A DNA stretch of 64,000 nt, from assembly GCA_964576755.1 (NCBI GenBank), contig CAZNUV010000005.1:2762-66761 (forward strand), read 5' to 3'. Position 1 is the first letter of the stretch, and each line of letters starts with the position of its first letter. Origin of the DNA: Candidatus Woesearchaeota archaeon (lineage in GTDB: Archaea > Nanobdellota > Nanobdellia > Pacearchaeales > GW2011-AR1). The notes under the pieces are model-generated. The model was given only the letters and a program-made list of their open reading frames with translations. It was not told the DNA's origin and did not search any database. Position numbers and translations under genes: made by a program. Shown here piece after piece: positions 26,530-34,686 of this stretch.

Positions 26530-27687
26530 TTAACTTTCATTCCCCACAATCATAACACCCTTTTTAACAAGCTGGGCAATAACCTTCATCTGCTTTTCCA
26601 AAACATCAACACGTTCTTTTAAAATTTCTTTTTCATTTTCTGATCTAGCAAGTTGCTTTTCAATCTCTGTCTTTGTAACATCTACTAACATATCTTCCTC
26701 ACTAATAGTATCTCTCATGCCCAAAAACTCAGAATAATAATGAATCTCTTCTGATTTTTTCCAACCGAATCTATACTTTAAAGCAGATTCAGATTTATAC
26801 CTTGGAAGCCAATAACAGCAACTATTATGTCTAAAATCATATAAGGATAGTTTGGAATAATTTTCTCCTGCGGGACTTATTTTATCCCCAAGAACTCTCT
26901 TTGCTAATCTTTTCAAGTAGCGGTTTACAACCTGCGAACAGACGCTGAATAAATAATCACTTGATTCAAGATTTTTAGTTTTTACATACTCTTTAATAAG
27001 TTCTGAACAGAGCATTAATTTTATTCTTCTTCCAAAAGTTTTGCTCACTTCCTCTCTTATCTTTAATTCTTTGAAATCATTAAAAAAGTCTGAAACTTTA
27101 ACATTCACTAATTCTGTTGGAGACCTTATCCCTGTGTCAAATACAAACATCATCATCACCTTATATTCATGTTTCGATTCATCACATAATTTTTTCACTT
27201 CTTCTTCAGTTAAATAAACCCATTTTGGTTTTTCTGTTCTTGAATCAAGATCTAGGGTAATATCTGTAATTTCTATCTTCTGTTTTTTGCTTACTTTTTG
27301 ATGCCAGTGCCAGAATGCTTTGAAAACCTTCCCTTGAGTTTCAAGAGAGGTGTATGATTTTCCATCCACCCTCTTTATTCCCCCATTTCTCATCTCTGCA
27401 AAGAAAGTAATAATCTGATCTTCATTAACTTCTGTTAGCTTAATTACTCCATAAAATTCCTCAAATTTTTTAGCAAAGAATATCATCTTCTCCTTTAATG
27501 TAAAAAGTCTAGCAAAAGTTCTTGGACCCCTTAAACTCCCTGTTGCTATATTCAAACCTTTTTCCATATCATTAAGATATCTTAGAATTATTTCAGAATT
27601 CTCTACAGAAATATCTGGAATTCTATCTTTAACTCTTTCTTTCCATTTAAGGTATCTTTCTTTATGTTTCCACGGATCTATTTTCAT
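26530..27687 (-). CDS. Tyrosine recombinase / integrase
   Basis: Catalytic-domain pattern: FDTGIRSPTEL (Arg I), LYDFRHNSCCY (box II Arg-His), and FGW...IHYYSEF (GH/W...Y). Has a coiled-coil C-terminal tail. Sits next to the tRNA-Gln att site. Confidence 0.75.
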   Translation of the reverse strand: MKIDPWKHKERYLKWKERVKDRIPDISVENSEIILRYLNDMEKGLNIATGSLRGPRTFARLFTLKEKMIFFAKKFEEFYGVIKLTEVNEDQIITFFAEMRNGGIKRVDGKSYTSLETQGKVFKAFWHWHQKVSKKQKIEITDITLDLDSRTEKPKWVYLTEEEVKKLCDESKHEYKVMMMFVFDTGIRSPTELVNVKVSDFFNDFKELKIREEVSKTFGRRIKLMLCSELIKEYVKTKNLESSDYLFSVCSQVVNRYLKRLAKRVLGDKISPAGENYSKLSLYDFRHNSCCYWLPRYKSESALKYRFGWKKSEEIHYYSEFLGMRDTISEEDMLVDVTKTEIEKQLARSENEKEILKERVDVLEKQMKVIAQLVKKGVMIVGNES

Positions 27688-27775
27688 CTTAGCATAAAAC
27701 CCACCTGATTTATATTTTCGTGGCGGATTTATGCCGAAACAAACCTGAACCCTTGATTTTGGTCAAAAGGGTAAA

Positions 27776-27848
27776 TAGCCCCACCAGGATTCGAACCTGG
27801 GTCACAAGGTTCAGAACCTCGTATGCTTGACCACTACACTATGGGGCT
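27776..27848 (-). tRNA. tRNA-Gln (CTG)
   Basis: Minus-strand cloverleaf. Acceptor AGCCCCA/TGGGGCT (the A1-U72 pair is typical of archaeal tRNA-Gln), anticodon stem CGAGG/CCTTG with loop TTCTGAA, T-arm CCAGG-TTCGAAT-CCTGG. Confidence 0.85.
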
Positions 27849-27863
27849 ATAAGACAACCTAAC

Positions 27864-27983
27864 GGTTTTCTTATGAACTTTCCCTTGAGATTGCCTGATT
27901 GACAACTAAGGTTTTCTTATGAACTTTCCCTTGAGATTGCCTGATTGACAAATAAGGTTTTCTTATGAACTTTCCCTTGAGAT
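27864..27983. repeat. 46-bp tandem repeat, about 2.6 copies, upstream of tRNA-Gln
   Basis: Copies start at 27864, 27910 and 27956 (ggttttcttatgaactttcccttgagattgcctgattgacaa[c/a]taa). The two full copies differ at one base. The third diverges after gagat. Confidence 0.85.
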
Positions 27984-28055
27984 AGTCCAACAACCTTAGA
28001 TTTATAAAAAATCAGGTAAAGCAAACTTTATAAAGCTATTTTTTGATATTCTCAT

Positions 28056-28166
28056 ATGAAAAGATCAAGCAGAAGGTGGAAAAAGAAAAGACAAATGCGT
28101 TGGAAATGGCAACGTAAGAGATTAAAGAAAGAAAAAAGAAAAAGAAAATTAAAAAGAAGTAGATAG
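28056..28166 (+). CDS. rpl41e: Ribosomal protein L41e (36 aa)
   Basis: MKRSSRRWKKKRQMRWKWQRKRLKKEKRKRKLKRSR is an extremely basic Arg/Lys/Trp peptive typical of eL41. A TATA-like ctttataaag lies about 25 nt upstream. Too short for the ORF track. Confidence 0.6.
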   Translation: MKRSSRRWKKKRQMRWKWQRKRLKKEKRKRKLKRSR

Positions 28167-28236
28167 TTCTATATTTGTTTGGTTTAATATATTCTTATCA
28201 CAATAATCTTTATAAAAATACAAAACAAGAAATTTT

Positions 28237-29217
28237 ATGGATTTTGATAAAACAAGTGTTTGGACTGAAAAATATCGTCCAAAAAAATTTGAAGAGGTCG
28301 TTGGACAAGAAGAGGTCATTAAAAGAGTTAAAAGTTTAACAAATTCTATGAATATTCCTCATTTATTATTTGCAGGGCCTGCAGGAACAGGAAAATCTAC
28401 TCTGGCCTTGATAACTGTTAAAGAATTGTTTGGAGAAGCTTGGAGAGATAATTATTTAGAATTAAATGCTTCTGATGAACGGGGAATCGATGTTGTAAGG
28501 CAAAAAGTTAAGGATTTTGCACGTACTAAGGCTATTGGAGATGTTCCTTTCAAGGTTATATTCTTAGATGAAGCAGACGCTCTTACTAGAGAAGCTCAAC
28601 AAGCTCTTAGAAGGACTATGGAGAACTTTACTTCAACTTGTAGGTTTATACTGTCTTGTAATTATTCTTCTAAGATTATTGACCCTATTCAATCTAGGTG
28701 TGTGGTTTTTAGGTTTAAATTATTAGAAAAAAAAGATATCTTGCAAAGGATTAATGTGATTACTCAGGGAGAAGGTTTAACAATGGTTCCTGCTGCTTTT
28801 GATAGTTTATATGAAGCTAGTGAGGGAGACTGTAGACGAGTTATTAACCTATTACAGGCTACTGCATCTATTTCTTCTAATCTTACCCCTGATTTGATTA
28901 ACACTATTGTTTCTCAAGCAAAACCTTCTGATATTAAGATTGTATTGGAATATGCTCTTTCAGGAGATTTTTTAAATGCAAGAGAAAAATTATTAGATTT
29001 AATGTTAAAAGAATCTGTTTCAGGCCAAGACATAATTAAAGCAATACAAAAGGAAGTTTGGAATCTTCAGATAGATAATTCTCTAAAAGTTAGACTTACT
29101 GAAAAAACAGGTGAGGCTGAATTTAGACTTGTAGAAGGTAGTGATGAATTTATTCAATTAGAAGCACTACTTGCTAGTTTTGTTTTAGCTGGAACTGGTA
29201 ATGGTAAGTCTAGTTGA
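28237..29217 (+). CDS. rfcS: Replication factor C small subunit
   Basis: WTEKYRPKKFEEVVGQEE, Walker A GPAGTGKST, DEAD box (FLDEADAL), SRC motif (IQSRC). Confidence 0.92.
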   Translation: MDFDKTSVWTEKYRPKKFEEVVGQEEVIKRVKSLTNSMNIPHLLFAGPAGTGKSTLALITVKELFGEAWRDNYLELNASDERGIDVVRQKVKDFARTKAIGDVPFKVIFLDEADALTREAQQALRRTMENFTSTCRFILSCNYSSKIIDPIQSRCVVFRFKLLEKKDILQRINVITQGEGLTMVPAAFDSLYEASEGDCRRVINLLQATASISSNLTPDLINTIVSQAKPSDIKIVLEYALSGDFLNAREKLLDLMLKESVSGQDIIKAIQKEVWNLQIDNSLKVRLTEKTGEAEFRLVEGSDEFIQLEALLASFVLAGTGNGKSS

Positions 29218-29230
29218 TTGAGTAATTAAA

Positions 29231-30427
29231 ATGATGATTAATCAAGAAAATATTCCTTGGTGTGAGAAGTATAGGGCTTTTTGTTTTGCAGATATAAAAG
29301 GACAAGATTTTGCTATTGATAAATTAAAAGCTTTTCTTAAAAATTTTCCTAAGAAAAACGCAGTTATTTTACATGGCGCTGCTGGAATTGGAAAGACTAG
29401 TCTTGCTTATGCTACGGCTGCAGAATTAAGCTCTGAAATTATTGAATTAAATGCTTCTGATTTAAGGAACAAAGACCAAATTGCAAAGATTATTCGTCCA
29501 GCAATAGAACAGAGACCATTATTTAAAAAAACAAAAATAATTTTAATTGATGAAATAGATGGAATTTCTACAAAAGATAGGGGAGGTCTTTCAGAATTAT
29601 TAGGAATTATTGAAAAAAGTGTATTTCCTGTTGTTTTAACTGCAAATGATATTTGGAATAAGAAGTTTTCTTTATTGAGACAAAAATCTGAATTGATTCA
29701 ATTAAAAGATATAGACTATAAGGTTGTTGTAGGGGTTTTGATTGATATATGTAGAAAAGAAAATTGTTTTGTAAATAAGGATGTACTGACTTCTATTGCA
29801 ATTAAAGCTAAAGGAGATCTTCGTGCTGCTATAAATGATTTACAGACTCTTTCAAAAATGGGAGAGTCAGCTTTGATTAAAGAAATTGGAGAAAGAAATA
29901 AAGAACAGACCATCTTTTCAGCATTACAACACATATTTAAAAATACAGAATTAGATGAAAAAATGATTAGGGTTTTTGATGAGATTAAAATGCCTATTGA
30001 TGAGATTTTTTTATGGATTGAAGAAAATATTCCTTTAGAATATTCTGGTAATGAACTCGCAAATGCTTTTGATTCTTTAAGCAGGGCTGATGTTTTTCGT
30101 GGAAGGATTTATCGGCAACAACATTGGAGGTTTATGGTATATGAATATTTTTTACTTGGTCCGGGAATTGCTGCTGCTAAAAAATTTAACAGAACAGGAT
30201 ACACGCCTTACAAAAGACCTACAAGAATATTAAAAATATGGTTACAAAATCAAAGGGCTGCAAAAAAGAAGACAATCTGTCAGAAATATGCTAAAAAAGT
30301 CCATATTTCTATAAAACAGGCTATGAAAGATTTTTTAGTTATAAGAATTATACTTAAAAATCCAGAGATAAGAAAAGAGCTTAAACTTGCAGAAGATGAG
30401 ATTGCTTACCTCAATAATGGGAAGTAG
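29231..30427 (+). CDS. rfcL: Replication factor C large subunit
   Basis: WCEKYRAFCFADIKGQD, Walker A GAAGIGKTS, IDEIDGI. Immediately follows rfcS. Confidence 0.85.
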   Translation: MMINQENIPWCEKYRAFCFADIKGQDFAIDKLKAFLKNFPKKNAVILHGAAGIGKTSLAYATAAELSSEIIELNASDLRNKDQIAKIIRPAIEQRPLFKKTKIILIDEIDGISTKDRGGLSELLGIIEKSVFPVVLTANDIWNKKFSLLRQKSELIQLKDIDYKVVVGVLIDICRKENCFVNKDVLTSIAIKAKGDLRAAINDLQTLSKMGESALIKEIGERNKEQTIFSALQHIFKNTELDEKMIRVFDEIKMPIDEIFLWIEENIPLEYSGNELANAFDSLSRADVFRGRIYRQQHWRFMVYEYFLLGPGIAAAKKFNRTGYTPYKRPTRILKIWLQNQRAAKKKTICQKYAKKVHISIKQAMKDFLVIRIILKNPEIRKELKLAEDEIAYLNNGK

Positions 30428-30486
30428 TGTTTTAATTTTAATATATTGATTCTAGAATAATATCTAATAAAAAAATAATTTTATAT

Positions 30487-31488
30487 CTAACCACAAGTTG
30501 CATCTGTTCCAGAACCAGAAGTTGTTGAATATCCAAAACCAGGAGTTGGACTTGAAGCATCTATGTCTGAGTCACACTCTGCAGGCCTTGCATCATCTGT
30601 AAATGCATTACAAACTGTTGCCAATAATGAAACAGAGTCTCTTCCACTATTTGCTTCTACACCATTTACTATTAATGTTGGACTTCCTCCAACACCATAC
30701 TTTTCATTATCTTCCTTGTAAACATCGAATAAAGGATATCTTCCACTTAACCAAGATGATTGGTCATTTAAGTTTGCTATAACTGAATATTTTTTATCTG
30801 TTGCATCTGTACAAGTTTTTAATTTTGTTTTATCAATTCCAGTTTCATCAAGACAAGCTTCTCCGTCACCTTCTCCTAAAAAGCATTTTAAATAAGATAA
30901 ATATTTATCATTTTGCTCTGTCTGAATGCAATATTGGTTTAACTCTTCTCTTACTTCTGTTTCTCCGTGCATTGCATAATATACAAATTTGACTTCAAAA
31001 TTTATTTTATCTCCTAGTAATTCTACAACAGGAATAAGTCCTTTTTCAATTTGAGTTCCATAAGGGCAGTGAGACATAACAAAAGCTTCTACAACAGGTT
31101 TATCTGTTTGAGGTAAGTTTTCTGCTGCTTGTGGTTGTGTAGGGGTTGTATCTTCAGGATTAGATTCAAGTAATGTTAATTGTGCTAAATATTTTCCATC
31201 TTTTGTAACAGAAAGAGGAATATTTTGACCTTGGTAAGAAACCATAACTTGGTAGAATTCCCCATCACTTGTTATTTCTACTAATTCAACTCCACCACCT
31301 GTTTGTGAATTCAAAAAGTCCACAACAGATTGCCCTGCTTTAGCTTTACCTATTGAAGTTGAAAAAGCATTTCCATTTACTAGTAATATAATCAATACAA
31401 TTGCGAGAACAATGGTTGCAACAGCCCAATAATTGTGACTTATTTTTTTAATTTCTTTCAAAATTTTTTCTGATTTAGGTTCAGCCAT
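30487..31488 (-). CDS. Membrane-anchored extracytoplasmic thioredoxin/DsbA-like oxidoreductase
   Basis: N-terminal TM (WAVATIVLAIVLIILLV) and a CxxG/C-type motif (MSHCPYGTQ) in a thioredoxin-like context. Several additional Cys residues. Family call is tentative. Confidence 0.5.
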   Translation of the reverse strand: MAEPKSEKILKEIKKISHNYWAVATIVLAIVLIILLVNGNAFSTSIGKAKAGQSVVDFLNSQTGGGVELVEITSDGEFYQVMVSYQGQNIPLSVTKDGKYLAQLTLLESNPEDTTPTQPQAAENLPQTDKPVVEAFVMSHCPYGTQIEKGLIPVVELLGDKINFEVKFVYYAMHGETEVREELNQYCIQTEQNDKYLSYLKCFLGEGDGEACLDETGIDKTKLKTCTDATDKKYSVIANLNDQSSWLSGRYPLFDVYKEDNEKYGVGGSPTLIVNGVEANSGRDSVSLLATVCNAFTDDARPAECDSDIDASSPTPGFGYSTTSGSGTDATCG

Positions 31489-31591
31489 ATTTTCTTTTAT
31501 AGAATATTATTTATAAATGTTTCCTAATCATTGTTAACATAGTTAAATAAAAAAAGTATAGATATAAAAATCATTTTACTCTTTTAGATTT

Positions 31592-32416
31592 ATGGATATA
31601 GAAAAAAAAGTTTTACAAACTATAGAAAACTATCATCTTTTGGACAAAAAAGACAAAATTGTTGTAGCCTTGTCTGGAGGAAAAGATTCTGTTAGTGTCC
31701 TGTATATATTACATAAATTAGGGTATAATGTTTCAGCTTTGATGATTGATTTACGTTTAGGAGAATGGAGTAAAAAGCATAAAGAGAATATGATAGGCTT
31801 TTGTAATAAACTTGGAGTTAAATTAAATATTATTGATTTAAGGAAGGAACTTGGATGGGGTATGTGTTCTATTAAGCAGGCTTTAAAGGAAAAAAAGAAT
31901 CTTTCGGGTTGTACTGTTTGCGGGATTATTAAAAAATGGATTTTAAATAAGTATGCAAAGAAATTAAAATTTGATAAGATTGCAACAGGACATAATCTTG
32001 ATGATGAATGTCAAACAGTATTAATGAATTTTTTAAAGGGTAATGTTCTCCTTGGTGTTGGTTCAAAACCTGCAACTGGAATCAAACAAAAAAATAATAA
32101 GACTTTTGTACAGAGAATTAAACCTTTGTTTTTTATTCCTGAATCAGAAATTAGAAAATATTCTAAAAAAATGAAGTTCCCTGTTATTTATGAAAAATGT
32201 CCTTGCGCATTTGGAACTTATAGAATTGAAACTAGGGAGTGGATGGATTTTTTAACAGACAAAGAAAAATTAAAAATTGTTGAGTCTTGGCAGGCCTTGA
32301 TTCCAAAATTAGAAAAAGAAAATCAAACACAAGCTAATATTTGTGAAATTTGTGGTGAGCCTGCACGAGGCAAGATTTGTAATGCTTGTAAGATTTTTTC
32401 TGAATTAAAGGGGTAA
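31592..32416 (+). CDS. PP-loop ATPase, tRNA thiolation family (TtcA/TtuA/NcsA-like)
   Basis: PP-loop ALSGGKDS, a central GHNLDDE motif, and a C-terminal CxxC...CxxC zinc ribbon (CEICGE...CNACK). Confidence 0.75.
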   Translation: MDIEKKVLQTIENYHLLDKKDKIVVALSGGKDSVSVLYILHKLGYNVSALMIDLRLGEWSKKHKENMIGFCNKLGVKLNIIDLRKELGWGMCSIKQALKEKKNLSGCTVCGIIKKWILNKYAKKLKFDKIATGHNLDDECQTVLMNFLKGNVLLGVGSKPATGIKQKNNKTFVQRIKPLFFIPESEIRKYSKKMKFPVIYEKCPCAFGTYRIETREWMDFLTDKEKLKIVESWQALIPKLEKENQTQANICEICGEPARGKICNACKIFSELKG

Positions 32417-32451
32417 CATAATTTTATAAAACCTGGTCCTTATTTTGTTTA

Positions 32452-33333
32452 ATGGGCGTGATGAAAACAAATCAAGGAACAAATAGGACAAAAAGGATTG
32501 GGGTTCCTGCTGCTGAAGAGATTCTTGGTAAAGAGTTTAAATGTTTAAATCATGGTTTTGTTAGACTTGTGGATTATATGGGCGGAGATGATAGGGTTGT
32601 TCAAGCAGCAAGAGTTAGTTATGGAAAAGGAACTAAGACTGTTAGTCAAGATAAAGATTTAATTGATTATTTATATAGGAATAGGCATACTTCTCCTTTT
32701 GAACATGTGCTTACAGAATGGCATTGTAAAATGCCAATTTTTGTTGCAAGACAATGGGTTAGACATAGAACTGCTAGATTAAATGAAGTTTCTGGAAGAT
32801 ATAGTGTTATGAAAGATGAGTTTTATATTCCAGATGTAGATGAGATAAGAAAACAGAGTAAAGATAATAAACAGGCACGTGGAGAAGAATTATCTTTAAA
32901 TGAACAAGAAGAAGTTTTAGATATCTTTTTGCAAGGTCAAGAAAAAGATTCAGAAGACTATCATAATCTTTTAGATAAGGGTGTTGCTAAAGAATTAGCT
33001 AGAATTAATTTACCTCTTTCATTATATACTGAATGGTATTGGAATATTGATTTACATAATTTATTTCATTTTTTAGGATTACGAATGCATTCCCATGCTC
33101 AAAAAGAGATAAGGGTTTATGCAAATCAGATGTTTGAGATTACAAAAAAATTAGCTCCAATGTCTGCAGATGCTTTTCAAAAGTATTCTCTTGAAAGTTT
33201 AAGCCTTTCTAATAAAGATAGACAAGGAATAAAAAGAATATTCAATGGAGAAGATCCCCAACAAGTTGCTGAAGAGATTTTTATTAATAAGGTAGAGAGG
33301 AATGAGTTCTTAGCTAAATTAGAGAGTTTTTGA
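32452..33333 (+). CDS. thyX: Flavin-dependent thymidylate synthase ThyX
   Basis: ThyX signature RHRTARLNEVSGRY (RHR...S.RY) together with SPFEH. Confidence 0.9.
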   Translation: MGVMKTNQGTNRTKRIGVPAAEEILGKEFKCLNHGFVRLVDYMGGDDRVVQAARVSYGKGTKTVSQDKDLIDYLYRNRHTSPFEHVLTEWHCKMPIFVARQWVRHRTARLNEVSGRYSVMKDEFYIPDVDEIRKQSKDNKQARGEELSLNEQEEVLDIFLQGQEKDSEDYHNLLDKGVAKELARINLPLSLYTEWYWNIDLHNLFHFLGLRMHSHAQKEIRVYANQMFEITKKLAPMSADAFQKYSLESLSLSNKDRQGIKRIFNGEDPQQVAEEIFINKVERNEFLAKLESF

Positions 33334-33401
33334 TTAATATTCTCTAAACTATATTTTGTATTGTAACTTTATTTTTAAATAAGACTGATTGTTTTTTATT
33401 T

Positions 33402-34073
33402 ATGTCACAAAAAAGAGGAAAACTTTTGATTCCTGGAGGATTTTTTATGACTTTAGAATCAGGGGATGGTGGTGGAAAAACAACTCAGATAGAATTATTA
33501 GAAAAAAGACTTTGTAAGGAAAATTTTGATGTTATTGTAAGGAGAGAACCTGGTGGAACAGATTTTGGAGAGTTAGTAAGAGAACTTTTACTACACAATC
33601 CTATTGAAAGGTGTGAATTATCAAATCTTTTTCAATTTGAATCTTGCAGAGCAGCCCTCTATGATGAAACAATTCTTCCTACATTAAAGAGTGGTGGTTT
33701 GGTTATTAATAGTAGGAGTTTTGATGCATCTACAACTTACCAAGGTTATGCAGGAGGTATTGATTTAGAAATTATTAATACATTAAATAAAATTGCAACT
33801 TTTGGAAAAAATCCAGACCTAACAATTATTATAGATGTTCCTGTTGAAGAAGGTTTAGGAAAAGCAATAAAATCTACTGGAAGATATGATCGTTATGAAG
33901 CAAAGAAATTTGAGTTTCATGAAAAAGTTAGACAAGGTTATCTTAAAATTGCGCATGACAATCCCAAAAGATGTGTTATAATTGATTATATTCCTGAGGG
34001 AATTAATGAAATGCATGAACAAATTTATAAGATTACTAAACAAAGAATAGATGAAAAAATTTCTCAAAATTAA
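33402..34073 (+). CDS. tmk: Thymidylate kinase
   Basis: P-loop ESGDGGGKTTQ, the REPGGT motif, and DRYE-type lid/ending motifs. Confidence 0.88.
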   Translation: MSQKRGKLLIPGGFFMTLESGDGGGKTTQIELLEKRLCKENFDVIVRREPGGTDFGELVRELLLHNPIERCELSNLFQFESCRAALYDETILPTLKSGGLVINSRSFDASTTYQGYAGGIDLEIINTLNKIATFGKNPDLTIIIDVPVEEGLGKAIKSTGRYDRYEAKKFEFHEKVRQGYLKIAHDNPKRCVIIDYIPEGINEMHEQIYKITKQRIDEKISQN

Positions 34074-34136
34074 AGGTTGTTACTGTTTAGAGTAAAGAAA
34101 TATTTAAATACCTGATTTATCTGTATTTCTTTACCA

Positions 34137-34182
34137 TACAATAAATTGTGCTGTTTTAATATAGGGAGTACAATATATTGTA
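34137..34182. promoter_or_regulatory. Two tandem NrdR-box-like palindromes
   Basis: tacaataaattgtg (34137-34150) and the perfect palindrome tacaatatattgta (34169-34182). Centres are 32 bp apart, 35 nt upstream of nrdR. Both resemble the acaCwAtATaTwGtgt NrdR-box consensus. Confidence 0.6.
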
Positions 34183-34216
34183 TCTGGATTAAAATCAATA
34201 TAAAAAAGAGTTAAAA

Positions 34217-34657
34217 ATGAAATGTCCTTATTGTAATACTGAAGAAACAAAAGTAACTGATAAGAGAGATAGTCATGGGAATATTCGTAGAAGACGTGAA
34301 TGCTTAAAATGCGGTGAAAGATTTTCTACATATGAACGTATTGAGTTGGATTTAAATGTAATAAAAAAAGATGGGACTAGGGAAAAATTCAATAGAGATA
34401 AATTAATAAAAGGATTAGAAAAAGCATTTGAAAAAAGAACTTTAAGCACTGAAAAATTCGATAATCTTGCAAGCGAGATTGAATCTAAGATATATAAATC
34501 TTCTAAAAATAGGGAGATAAATTCTTCAAAGATTGGTCAGATTGTAATGGATAAAATAAAGAAGACAGATAAAATTGCATATATAAGATTTGCATCTGTT
34601 TATCGTGAGTTTGCAGATATAGATGATTTTAAACAGGAATTAAAAAATTTAAAATAA
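34217..34657 (+). CDS. nrdR: NrdR transcriptional repressor (zinc ribbon + ATP-cone)
   Basis: MKCPYCNTEETKVTDKRDS...RRRRECLKCGERFSTYE followed by an ATP-cone (VIKKDGTREKFNRDKL...). Confidence 0.9.
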   Translation: MKCPYCNTEETKVTDKRDSHGNIRRRRECLKCGERFSTYERIELDLNVIKKDGTREKFNRDKLIKGLEKAFEKRTLSTEKFDNLASEIESKIYKSSKNREINSSKIGQIVMDKIKKTDKIAYIRFASVYREFADIDDFKQELKNLK

Positions 34658-34686
34658 TTTTTAAAAGATAATTTAATAATAAAAAA

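Larger units (their letters stand above)
22446..27788. mobile_element. ~5.3-kb integrated element (tyrosine integrase next to tRNA-Gln) carrying a DGR cassette
   Basis: Direct 14-bp repeats at both ends. An intact integrase gene abuts the intact tRNA-Gln. Cargo is an Lrp-like regulator, the DGR target, the TR, an RT-like ORF and one small hypothetical ORF. Confidence 0.6.

Noticed and set aside
27864-27983. Considered whether the 46-bp repeats are a small CRISPR array.
   Set aside because: The units are directly abutting with no unique spacers, and no cas genes are nearby. It is a plain tandem repeat.
33402-33446. Considered moving the tmk start to the internal Met (33447).
   Set aside because: That Met falls inside the beta-strand preceding the P-loop (FFMTLESGDGGGKTT aligns with F(I/V)xxEGxDGxGKTT). 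The upstream start is therefore retained.
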